DNA of 63,448 bases, counting the filler, from Collodictyon triciliatum (lineage: Eukaryota): the NCBI GenBank assembly GCA_043381765.1. It is 7 parts of 7 records of this genome, joined end to end, with 100 filler letters (N's around TTAATTAATTAA, not from the genome) between each part and the next. Parts side by side here need not be neighbours in the genome. Positions count along the whole stretch, not along the records: positions 22,815 to 34,110 come from JBHJMP010002438.1; positions 34,211 to 45,492 come from JBHJMP010002439.1; 5 more parts are not named here. One strand, written 5' to 3'. Every line of letters begins with the position of its first letter. The stretch's first letter is position 1. A program made the position numbers and the translations under genes. The notes beneath the pieces were generated by a model. That model did no database searches, was not told where the DNA came from, and worked only from the letters and a program-made list of their open reading frames with translations. Positions 25,901 to 37,981 of this stretch are shown here, one piece after another.

Positions 25901-28900
25901 CCCTTGAATATATTGGTGTGTAAGCATATCGACACAGGACTACAAACAGAGAGAAAAGTGCTTATGGCCAGTGGAAACGGGAACGGTATTGCTAATCTTG
26001 TTATCTCTCTAATACTTCATCCTGAAATTCCCAGTGTAACCACGCAAATACATGTTGTTACCTTCTCTCAATTGGTTGTAACCTTCCGTCCATACCCACC
26101 CTATCCTGGTTCGGACAGCATAGTAAAAAATACTTTGCAATTGCTACCGTGCGGAAGTGTATATGAAAAGAGCACCATACATCTAAGTGCAGTTCTTTCT
26201 GATAATAGCGACATAGATATTACTTACAATACAAATACAGCCTTTTCAATACCAGCCTTGAGTGCAAATAAGATATCCATCACCGATCGCAATGTCATTT
26301 ATCCCAACGGAAAAACTGTCGGAAATGCAGTCGTTCTTGCTTCGTATATGACACAAAGAACTTCTGGTTTCGTGACAATAAAACAGTCTGAACTCGAAAT
26401 AGTAAGCTTGTCTTTAGTATACCCAAGTATCGCAAAAGGCATCACAAAATCCTCTCCCGGTACTGTCGCACTAAAAGCCGTCTTAAAAAATGGAAACGTG
26501 GTCACCCAATCATCTCTTAGTAAAGGAGCAGTACTTTTTTCATCAAGCGCTCCAGATAATCTATGGATAAATTCCACCACTGGTGAAACAATCATTCTTG
26601 ATGGATACTGGTCTAGTATTACAATCGCTGCAACGACTTGCACAGGAATCTCGGCCACTGTAAACACTTTGCCCGTTGTTCTACCTGCTGTAGGGGATGT
26701 CGGGCTATTACTCCCTTCAGGTACCCAGTTGTGGAGCTCGACCATACAGCAGACACAAGATATTAATGTACTTTTCAATTCTGGAGGAAAAAATCTGAAA
26801 GGATTTGATATTAGTATTACCTATGATTATTACCTGGTAAGTTATGCTGGATATAAAACAGGAAATAATTGGTCTGGAGGACTTTTGGATGTGAATGCAG
26901 ACGATTCATCTGGAGTTATTCGTATTGTTGGGGTAATCAGTCCTTCATCAACTGTTGTGGGTGAATCGATTCACTTAATTAGCATAAAGATGAAAGCACA
27001 GTTGAACGGGTTCAGCAAAATCACTGGTTTCATCAATAAACTGTCGTCAGTTGATTATCCTGGTATCGTGAGGGATATAGGACTACCTATCGAGCCGTAT
27101 TCATCAAGACAATTTGTATCTGGGGCGATTTATGTGAGTATTGGTTCATCATTCAGTACATCTCCGAGAGGTTCAGCGTCCATAGGAGCTGGCAACACGG
27201 TCTTCCGTGAACAGAAAAATGAGACCATTTCAAGGACAAATATGCCGTCCCTTGCATCTAACATTACAGAAGACCATTCATTGAACAATACACAGAAAGG
27301 GACTAAAATACAAAGAAATAATGCACAGCCATTATCTTGCGTTGATAACAGTGCAAGCATTCGAGGAGATGTTGACGGGGATTGTGAATTTTCAATCAAA
27401 GATGTTGTTTATGGTGTTCACTATCTATCAAAGATTTCTGGGTTTACCATACCCCCTGAAAGATTGGCTATGGCTGACAGTGATAAGAATGGGATAATTC
27501 AAGCATCAGATATGGTATATTTGATACGCATTATATCTGGAAAGCTTAGATTTTTTGAACTGCTTGTACAATCTCCATCAAAGCAATCACCAGCGTTTGG
27601 GGTATCAATTGCATCTTATGATTGGACGGGTAAACAAGTCACTTCAAAGATGGGGTATGTTGTTTACCTTTTTACATTTTTGAACAAGAACATGTCTGTT
27701 ACAATAGGCTCTGCACGAAAAACAACAGCGACTGGGGTATCTATGAACGCACTACCAGTTCAAGATAGTAGCCTTGGAAATATATTCAAAGTTTCTGGGT
27801 TTATGGGTACAATCGAAACGTCAGTAGGTGTGTCAATAAAACAAATTACTTACACTGATGGACTCTCAACACAAAGTGATCGCCAGTACACATTCAACAT
27901 AGCTAACGACGGGGTGATGAAACCAATATCGTACATTTACCCACAATATGACGGGTCGTTACCGCCCGTTATGATATCGGCATTCTTCAATCGAGACGGA
28001 GACGCTGTTCGGATTATCTTTGATAAAGAAACTAATCGAGGAAATTTAGCAACAAATTTTGACTGTGGTAACCTTTTCGAAAATATGACCAGTTTTCGAT
28101 GTAAATGGGTCTCGGAATCTCAAGTAGACGTAAACTCGGCATGTTCACCCCAGGTCCAAGTGGGTTCTCAACTTATATTGGTGAAGAATACCATCAAGTC
28201 GAAAATATCATCCGATTCATCTGTATTTTCTAGTGGGACCATTTCAATTGATATGGGTGACCTTGACATTTACTTTAGTGCCGTAATTAGCGGTCCACAA
28301 TCAATTGGCGTATGCTCTCCTTTGGAGCTAGATACCTACCAAACTACATTGAGTGGGCTTGCATGTACCAATTTAACATACATATGGTCATTTTATACAT
28401 CCAGACCGATCGAAGTGTCTGATAGAGAAAAAGTCCAGCAAGTCTTGAGTAGCTCGAAGGATTCGCTATATCTGGGAGAATTTCTCCCACCAGAAATGAC
28501 TTATATATTTACTGTAAAAATAACCACAGCAGTTGGGGTTGCAAGTGTAGCTCGGTATACAACCACAAAGTATATAGACGCATTACCTATTGTTGGTATT
28601 AATGGACCTCCTCAAATGAACATATACCCATCTACTGCATTTTCAATTGGTGGTTACGCTTCTATACCTTATTGCGTCAATTCAACCAAATTGAACTTCT
28701 TATGGTCAGGAGTGCAAGGTCCACCGATAGAATTTAATTCCATAACAAGAACGACCAGAAACACACTTGTGGCAGCGTATTCGCTGAAACCATTTGAGAC
28801 TTATGTAATTCAATTTCAAGCTTGCTTCGTTTCAACTTCCCAAAGTTTGTGTAACAACGCTTCTTTGGTCGTTAATGTCCTTTCGTCAGGACTACGGGCA

Positions 28901-31900
28901 AGTATAAGTGGTGGTAGCTACATGTCCATAGGAACCGTCGGGGCGTATTCCGTGGATGCGTCAGACTCCCTAAATCTTGACTTAAAGAACCAGGGCGATA
29001 ATCTCGTTCGGTATTACCAGTGGTCTTGCACTGAGCAAGGGACTTCGTCTCCATGCAAGTTACGGATAAATGAAAACAAAGAAGAGGTACTCAACATCCC
29101 TAACGTAGCCACATTTGATATCATTCAATCAAAGGAGAAGTTCTTAAAGCCTGGTATATATACTATGAAGCTCGTATTCTATACTGATGATTCTCGGTAT
29201 TCCTCGGTTTCTACGTCAAAGACTGTAGAGGTCGTTGAAGGCTCGCCGCCACAGTTATTCATAACTTCTCTGTCTAAAACTCGTCCATCCCCTTCCAAGC
29301 CACTCAATATCCAAGTCAGTGGAAGACCAAGCTCTATGGGCAACATCATAAGCTATTTTTGGGTAGTTACTGAGGGTGCTGCTTCCATGACCAACTTGGG
29401 TATCGATGAATATGCTGTTCGTTCCCCGCGTTTTACAATTCCTTCAGGGTCTCTTGCACAAAATTCTGTTTATAATTTCCGAGTTACAGGTATTGAAAAT
29501 GGAACCAATGCTGTAGGCGTATCTGAAATCAGATTCCAGACTGATTTATTGCCTTATGGAGGTGATTTCGATTGCCCAGATCAAGTGAACTTTATGGAAC
29601 AAAACACTGTTATAGCCAGGGGATGGAAAACGACGGTCGAAAATCTTCCCCTAAGCTACTCGCTTGGGTACAAACTAACTGTTGATTCATTTGTTCAATA
29701 CATATCTGGATACTCTTTGAGCCCAAAAAGGACTATTGTTTTACCTCAAGGTGGGATGGACAGTCCGTATCTAGGCTCTGGGAGACTGGAGCTAATTCTA
29801 TTTATCAGAGATAATACTGGGAACCAAGTGTCATATTCATCGTACATCGATGTCAAATCTATTCAATTCTCGAGTGACGATGAAAGAGCCGAAAAGGTAG
29901 CGGATTATGTAAGAAAAGATATGTCCAATCTCATGGATATCGGGGACTACGAAGCTGTTGGGCAATATTCAATAGGATCTATCGGATTGTTGAATCAGAT
30001 GTCTTTATCGCGCTCTGGTGCTGTTGTCTCAAAGGATGAGCATTTACTGAACTCAACTCATGTTTCAAAAGTAAACATGACATTCCCTTTATCACACAAC
30101 AAAGGAGAAAATAATAACTCTATACGTTCATCAAAATTCCAAAGTTTTTGTGATTCGGTCACACAAAGAAAAGGGGCATTGTTGAGATACGAGATATTCA
30201 AGATTTTGCAATCCTGTAACTCGAATCAGAAATTCTACATAGCTGAAGACACGGATTCCAACATTAAAAAGTTTTCCTTCCTATTCCAAACTGACTGTCT
30301 TAGCTATAACTTGATTGAAGAAGGAGCTTCTTACTTTGAGTCACTCTCAAGTAAGTTCTCTCCATATTTTCTTGTTGATTTCTTGTTGCTTTCTTATTGT
30401 TCTCTCCTCGTCCTCATAGAATCATAATTTACGTTTTGTTACTTTTTTTCTGAAATCTATGTTAAATACATTGTTTTTCAATTAGAAAACTCGCGTGATA
30501 CATCAGTCATGCTCACTACAGGAGATAGTATTATGGATGCGTTTTCGTATATGTATAAATATGTGGTAGCAACCTACAAAAATGCAACTCTTGTGAACTC
30601 TATCGTTATGACCAAGGCCAGTGAAAGCGGGAAGGCAATCGGAAGGGCTGGAATGATAGGTTCTATGTGTGGTTCTTCATATCTATCACGAGCTTCATCT
30701 TCGATAACAGCCTCTTATGATGATGGAATACTACCTGTGGTTGTGTCAACGAACTGGATATGTCAAGACTTTGTTAATTTGAATGTTACTCTACCAACAA
30801 GTTCTGCACATACCAGCGTTTACCTGAAAAAATCCTCCGACATGAATTCTTTGGATCATAATGGTATCTTTGTGCATTTGACCCATCTCAACCCCAAATC
30901 TTTCGCTTTCAACCAACCAAATGTATCCACAGGGGTAATTAGTATTAGTACGGAATCATACGATGCTGCTTATTCTTCGGTCGGAACGAAAAATCCTAAC
31001 TTGGGCCAACTATTTGAGCATGCAAATATCCACCTTGTCAGGTTCAGCGAGGATGGCAGGTCTTATTCAAGAAATGACGCGTCCATTCCACATACCCGTT
31101 TTGCGATTGGTACTACAAGTGTTGCACATAACAAAGAGCATCCTCGAAGATATATGAACGCCAATATTGATTTCACGCGCAAAAACCAGCAAAGGATGGA
31201 GCCTCGTTGCTTCCAAACAAATAACCCACTAAATGGTGCTTGGGGGTCTGAAAACTGTATTCGACTTGCATTCGACGCTCAAAGTTTGGATTGCTCTTGC
31301 GCGCTCTCCAATAATATCTCGTCCTCTTCATATGGAGGTGTCAACGAATTTATCATACTGACAACCACTGCTACTACTGCGCCTACCGAATCCAGGTCAC
31401 ATAGCCCATCACGTACACACACACATGCCATAGCGACCCACAGCAGAAGCTCAAGTGCTGTTCATACTCAAGACGCTGACCAAAACACTGATAGTGGGGC
31501 TGGTTCCGACTCGCAAATAGCCATTCTCATCGGTTCGGTTGTGGGGGGAGTCATTGGTGTTTTAGGTATTTGTTTCTGCGCATTTTTTCTCTTGCGTCGC
31601 CGAAAAGTGAACAAAAATGCACCCGAACAAGGACAATCACACGTTTCAAAAAAGAATTACGGTTCTACCAGAAAAGAAAACAGCTCTCTGATAGGAATGT
31701 TTGGTAGAAATGGAAAAAATAAATCAATTGACCATCCGAAACAAAACGCGACAAATTCCACGGATGGCAGTGGTACGGAAAACATTACAAAGGACAATAG
31801 CAACCAAGATAGGCAAGCAAGGTCCGATAAGTTACTTGGTAACAATTTTCTATCAACAGCTTCCTCGATTTCTTCGCATACACCGCGCGATGACTCAAAA

Positions 31901-33865
31901 CCGAAAGGTCTGCTGGGTCGAATATTTTCAGGTGGTTGGAGGAATTATTTTATACGAACTCGTTCAAATGTACATCGAGTATACTTATCTGCTCACTCAA
32001 AATTAGGCAGTTCTGATGTCATATTGAGCTCTGTTGCGGATGAGGCAGCGTCAGAAGGACTTGAAATTAATGAACCAAGTGGGTCGTATCCACCTAAACC
32101 GAAGCGTCCATCACACACGAATTTTAAACGTGGCGCCAATTCTTCCTTGAGCCCGAATTCGAACCATCAATTAATTAACTCGAGGGAGAGCAGTCAGAGG
32201 AAAAATGACAATTCAGGAAAAGGCTCATCCCAATCTCCATCCCGTTGGCGTGGATTGAAAGCTTTGCGGGTTTTTCGCTCATTTTTACCATCAGAAGGGT
32301 CTACTCATTCGCTATCATCTGCAAGTAGTAGTCCAACAAATCTAGCCAAAGTGAACAATCAATCTCAAGAGGTAGTCCGAGCCAAAGCAGCCCAAAAATC
32401 ACACAAAAACCGTCCATATCCCGCACCTCCAACTCTACCCCCAGAAATACGGAATCATACTGGATTATCTGTTCCCTCTCTTCCTCCGCTGGATTCTTTA
32501 CCGGAGGAGATTCCCATACCACACTCAGAAATTCAATCCCATGTCCAGCCACAAAGCCAAAACATGCTCAACTCCCACTCAGATGCGATTCCTTCTCCAA
32601 AGTCTCCTGCGCGCTTAGAAGAGCAAGATGAGCCTAGAGAACCACAGAAAGAAACCCCAGTCCAAAACAATCATATTAATAACGGCTCTCTCCATGTGCG
32701 CCCAACTTTGGCTCCAAAGAAGTTCGAACCTGCAAAACTACAGGCCTTGAACACGCCTGGGAAACTCGTGAGTAATGTCATATATGACGAACGTGATAAG
32801 AAACTGCATGCAAAATCTGAGTTAGCCCCAGTCCAACCAAAAGTTTTGCCGCATATGTCGGCCTCACACAAAGTGCGTCTCCCGTCCTTAAACCAAGACC
32901 CCCATCCACCTTCGGTAGTTCATCACGCACAGCAACTACCGACCATTCCTGACTCAGTCTCTGCTCCACCTTTCATCCCAGAGTCCAACGAATCATCAGC
33001 GTTGAAACCTATTCATCAACCACCTCCTTTGCCGCCATCGATGATTCACTCGCTTAATAGAACACCGCTACCATCTCGCCCTACAACTTCACTCGCACCT
33101 TCACCCAACCGTACTCCGTCCCCTCATCCAAGAGCGTCACCTTTGTCACACCCATCAGTTCAAACCCCTATACACCATGATTCATCGCACCAAACTCAAA
33201 CTCCACCTCCCAAGTCATCCTTCGTTTCACCTCCAAATGGGAGTGCGATACATGCTCAACCAATCCCACATGAGATACCAAACGGAATCCACACATCCCA
33301 AGCATCGAAAATGAACCAAGAAGCTGTCGCGCCTGCCACCCCCGTTCCGAAGAAGACAAATCATGCTTCCTCCTTAATTCCCAGAATGCAGGAATCGCAT
33401 GTGAGTCCAACTCCAAAGACAGTGTCAGTTACAACTCCGACAAAACTGGAGCCACATCCTACAGTCCACCCCAGAACAGCAGCCTCCTCCCACATGAATT
33501 CTCCGTCTACCCCAGTAACCCTTCATACACAACCCGTCAGTACACAAAACAAGCCCCAACCAGAGTCCGCGAAGAGGCCATCCCCATCACCAACTGCCCC
33601 TCAAAAGCCGTCCTCCTCCTCCATATCTTCAAAAGTTGGTAGCACTGTTCCCCATTCAAATGCAAGGCTGGCACAACAAACAAGCGTCTCAGCGCTTCCT
33701 ATGCCAATGCCTCTTCCCGCAGCAAACCACCCAAACCAGCCTGTTTTGAAGCCTAAGTTAACTCCCCTGACGAGGCCATCGCAACTCTCATCGAATCCGT
33801 CCCATGCTGCACTAAGAGCACCCGCGATGCTTCCACGCGACTTGAATCGGCCACCAAAGTCCTAG
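22815..33865 (+). CDS. Giant (>3600 aa, 5'-truncated) single-pass surface protein: Ser/Thr stalk, TMEM132-like cohesin/Ig modules, cohesin, dockerin, REJ, GPS, TM, Pro-rich tail
   Basis: Two exons (22815-30350, 30486-33865) joined in phase by a GTAAGT..TTAG intron. TMEM132-like VWQPVFPLLIRVIDSILEGI and LYQSTRASVLCNF (~25020-25170). Cohesin-like INVLFNSGGKNLKGFDISITYD (~26760). Dockerin GDVDGDCEFSIKDV...ADSDKNGIIQASDMVYL (27365-27544). REJ-like AVISGP, ASISGG, LPYGG (~28270-29850). GPS C..W...C..C-S-C (~31208-31300). TM IAILIGSVVGGVIGVLGICFCAFFLL-RRRK (~31517-31605). Confidence 0.88.
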
Positions 33866-34063
33866 GATTCCACGGACAAACTACCCAGTCTTCAAGCAAC
33901 CAATCGAACAAAAAAAAGTCACAGAAAAAAATAAAAGAAAAATACCTAGCCTCGTCTTGCATCTTTGAAGTGAGGTACCTTCCCACATTCTTCAACCTCT
34001 TCAATAGATATTTTTCCTTTTTTCTTTATCTTTTTTCTTTTTTCTTTTTTCTTTTTTCTTTTT

Positions 34064-34110
<47 letters not shown>

Positions 34111-34210
34111 NNNNNNNNNNNNNNNNNNNNNNNNNNNNNNNNNNNNNNNNNNNNTTAATTAATTAANNNNNNNNNNNNNNNNNNNNNNNNNNNNNNNNNN
34201 NNNNNNNNNN
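34111..34210. other. Artificial contig linker
   Basis: N44-TTAATTAATTAA-N44. Confidence 0.97.
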
Positions 34211-35082
34211 CCACCATCCTGCACAAAATTGAAAGGAAGAATAAAAAAAAATATAAAAAAAAAAACACGTCTTTGGAACATAGGCACAGAAAGCCAAATT
34301 AAAATGCATGATGTTTACCAAGCCAGTATCACAAAAGCTTATAATATTCGAGGTCCAAATGGTGAAAATTGGTTGGCGGCTTGTAGACGCGATAATAAAA
34401 TATCCATATGGGATATATCCACCGGTAACGAAAAGTATGTATTTAAAATAACAGATATTGCCTGTACACAAGGCAATTCTCTTGTTAAAAAAGATTTACC
34501 AAATGAAATCATTGCAATTTTTAAGCAAGGTAGTGGTATGGAGAACTTGTTTGACTCAGAAAATACAGAAAACGTTTATACCGACCAAATGAAGGGCCTT
34601 AGGAAGCTGATTGAGGGGAATATTCAAATCATAAATGCCTCTGGTTTGAGTATATGTAGCAAAACGGTTTTATTTTCGATTAGTGCCTTTTACTATCACG
34701 AAGACTTTGTGAATTATTGTGAGCTAGGTGCATTTACAAGTTTTCAGGCTAAAATAATGGCTGAGTGCTATGAAAATGGAAGGGGCGTTATGAAGAACAG
34801 CGAAAAGAAATACTATTGGGCAACTGTAGCTCCTCTAAAACTGTCACTGGATTTCGATGGACTGAAGCAGATTGCCCAAAAAGGGTCAAAGGAGGCGTTC
34901 ACAGTTATGAAAGAAATGGTCGACATAAAAAAGGATTATATGACATATGGGGCAATAAAACCGGAGAAGAAGATAGATACCCTCGTGCAATTTCTACTCT
35001 TGCCGAATGCTACGAGAATGGGTGGGGAACTGAGAAGGATGCCGACAAAGAAGTGGAATACAGGCAGAAAAGCTCGGCTTAA
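34211..35082 (+). pseudogene. WD40 + Sel1-like repeat gene fragment with frameshift (pseudogene or assembly error)
   Basis: WD-like PNGENWLAACRRDNKISIWDISTG. Sel1 repeat 1 (MAECYENGRGVMKNSEK) and repeat 2 (LAECYENGWGTEKDADK) lie in different frames. Confidence 0.55.
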
Positions 35083-35261
35083 CACGGTTAGATTGCATAG
35101 CATTATATCATTATGCCATTTTATAGTAATATAATTATAATATAAATAATAGAGCATGAGCCCCTCCTGGTTTTTTTCAGCCGGTCAAATCGCTTTTTTT
35201 TCCAGAGAACTCCGAAATACAATAAACAAAAATAAAAACGAAGTGGGATGGAATCACAACC

Positions 35262-36590
35262 CTTTTTTTTTAATATACATACTTTAAAGTTCAAGAAGGT
35301 TTACAAACCGAGAGTTAAAAAGAGTACACATGACAGAGGGCAAACGCGAGTGGGGGAAGACACTACCGTGGAGAGGCTAGCACCGAAAAGAAATCAGTGA
35401 TAGCGAGTTGGTCAAGTGGATGGCTATATTGGTTGATTGGTTGCGTGGGTAGCAGGGGGTTGGATATGCTGTGGGAGATATCTTACGACACATTCCCACA
35501 TCTCTCTTCGCTTGAGGTCAGAGTAACATGGAATGCGGGCGTCTTTAAGCAGGCTGTTCAGGAAGCTGTATTGCACGAGGCTTTCAACAATGGATACATT
35601 GATTTCTCGTTCGGGTGAATCATTAGAGCGAGAGAATGCACGCACACTCCATAGGGCCCACAGCTTATATTCCTTCGTGACTGTCCAGAGTATTCTAGAG
35701 TCGTGGGTCATTTGGTATTGTGCGCCAAACAGGATGTCTGACGCGCTGAGTCGGTTGGGAGCATAATCAAGCTCAGAGAGCATCTTGTGGGTAGACTCTG
35801 TCACTTTTTGAGCAAGAGAGCACTTCACAAATGCGTGTTCGATAGAGTTATCTCCACTATGGCACATGGTGCATTCTGGAGAGGTCGTTGCTGCATGGAC
35901 TACACGCGCACACTTATCCACAGCTCTCTGTTGGAGATATTGAGCAGTAGGGCGCGGTGTTTCGGAAGTAGCTGAGATATACGGACTTGCTTCCAGCTTT
36001 TGACTATCGGCGGGTCTATAATGTCTATAGTTTCGGCCCACCGACTCATCTTCTCCGGTTTGTAGGGATTCGGATTGATGACTATATATCCAAACAGCTT
36101 GGAGTACGCCATGGCCATCGAGAATTGCGGAGAATCAGGCGTAATGGACCGCCTTTGGTTTTTCAGGCAAAAGAAAAATGGTGACAGCGCTCCGTATGAG
36201 ATGGGGCGAAGTGAGCGCCATTCTCCTTTGTTGTTCAGGACGGCTGTGGTTGGGGTTGCATTCGAGGAGTGAGATATCGTTGCATTTTTCGACGGTGCGA
36301 AGCTCCCATCCTTTTGGAAAGCGACTTGTTGAAGAAAGAAGGAACTGCTTCAATCACCTGAAGCGAACATCTTAGCAGCAATTTAGACGAAGGAATGACC
36401 GAAGGTAATAGATAAGGGAAATGGTCTCGCAGCAACTATCTTGTGGAAGAAGGGGATAAGTAAATTCGACAATTTTTGATAGGAATTCGACGTTTTCAGT
36501 AGGAATGCTCCTATTGCACGGAAGCAAGTGGGCACTAAACCAAGGAAACCAGTCCTAGTGTTCGTTTGTTTCCAAAGGGAGTACATAGAC
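35262..36590 (-). mobile_element. Degenerate 5'-truncated non-LTR retrotransposon (L1/Tx1-like ORF2 C-terminus with zf-RVT)
   Basis: CCHC knuckle CTMCHSGDNSIEHAFVKC, then LSASDILFG and LWALWSVR, typical of the region after the RT domain; frameshifts upstream; poly(A) at ~35263-35271. Confidence 0.8.
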
Positions 36591-37444
36591 AGCGAAGCGA
36601 AGGCCAGACACGAAAGCTAGACACTGCCGACGATTAGGAGCTGGCTTCGGATATTGAAGGAAAAGAAAAAAAGACCATGCATCGATTATATTGGTACTTT
36701 TTACTTGTGAGGTATTTTAAAAGTCCCTCAGCCATGATTGCTTGAGTAATGTCCAGTATTTCGTCTGAGATTGATGGAGAAATCCTCTTCGGTGCCACCC
36801 GATGAACAAACCTTATTGCCCTTTGCTTTGATTTGCAAAATACTGAAAAAGTACGGAATGTTTCGTCATCTATTCAATTTTGGAATTTATGATATTGATT
36901 TATTTGAATGACTAAAATACTTATGTATTCTTCATTTATTATAATATATAGTATTATATATCATTATAATAATTCTTATATAAGATTTCGGTACCTACCA
37001 AAGGTATGTCGTCACACACCGTCACTTATACTCTAACCTTCCTATTCCTCCTGAATATCCATATATGTGAATTTGCTCCTATTATGCTCATCTGAGTCGC
37101 AATTGGTCGTGCAAATGCGGAATTTCCTTTGCCAGAAAGGATTCGAAGAAGAGGCAAGTCGCATTTTTCCCTCGGTGTGGCGGAGCCCAGAAGGCCAAAC
37201 CACGAGGTTTTCTTTATTTTGTGTTGACGAAAAAGAAAAAGAAAAGCCTGTAAGAGTGTGTTTGCTTGCAAACCTGCCTCTTTAAATTGAATTTTGATTT
37301 CTTTGGTATTTCTTTGACCAAAAGCAGCGAAATCTGGATGGTTGAGTTTATTTCCCCAATAGGATATCTCTTTACTTGGTATTTCTATTCAGGGCAAAGT
37401 CTCGCAAACCACGGAAATAAGGCAGAAGACGCTAGATATTTAAT

Positions 37445-37981
37445 ATGCGAGGGATTCGATTATCGAAGACATTGCGCTCCCCCACGACAACTGCAATGAA
37501 GGCTCTTAGCGCTCAGCTGGATGTAGGATGCCGAAAGGTGACTGATGTACACTTCTCACATTCGAATCTCGCCCGTATCACAGCCAACCTGCAAGAACAA
37601 GCTTTTCCAATGGAATCCTCCCTCACACCAGCCATCCAACCGAGAAGCTCAGAGATAGCAGCTGCAAATATCCCAAACACACTACCCCATCCAAATCAAA
37701 AGACAGATACCCTTCAAGACCTCATGCAATCGCTGTCGCTCAATCCTAAGCGAGGCAACACAGAGCTCTCGCAGAGCAGAAAGGCCTTCGTGTGCTGCCC
37801 GCCTGCTCCTCGCCTCTTCGCCAGACCGCCACCAACATCCCTTATAATGCGCCTGGAGATCTCTTACAGACCCCAACTGGCAGCTGATGAGGCAGCATGC
37901 CCGTCTCCTCCGATCAACATCGGTACCCTTCACGTAATTTGCATGATTCATTCCCCTATAATATCTTATGCGAATGTTTAG
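37445..37981 (+). other. Possible coding or element remnant (178-aa ORF), unassigned
   Basis: GC-richer open frame with no recognisable motif. Confidence 0.2.
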
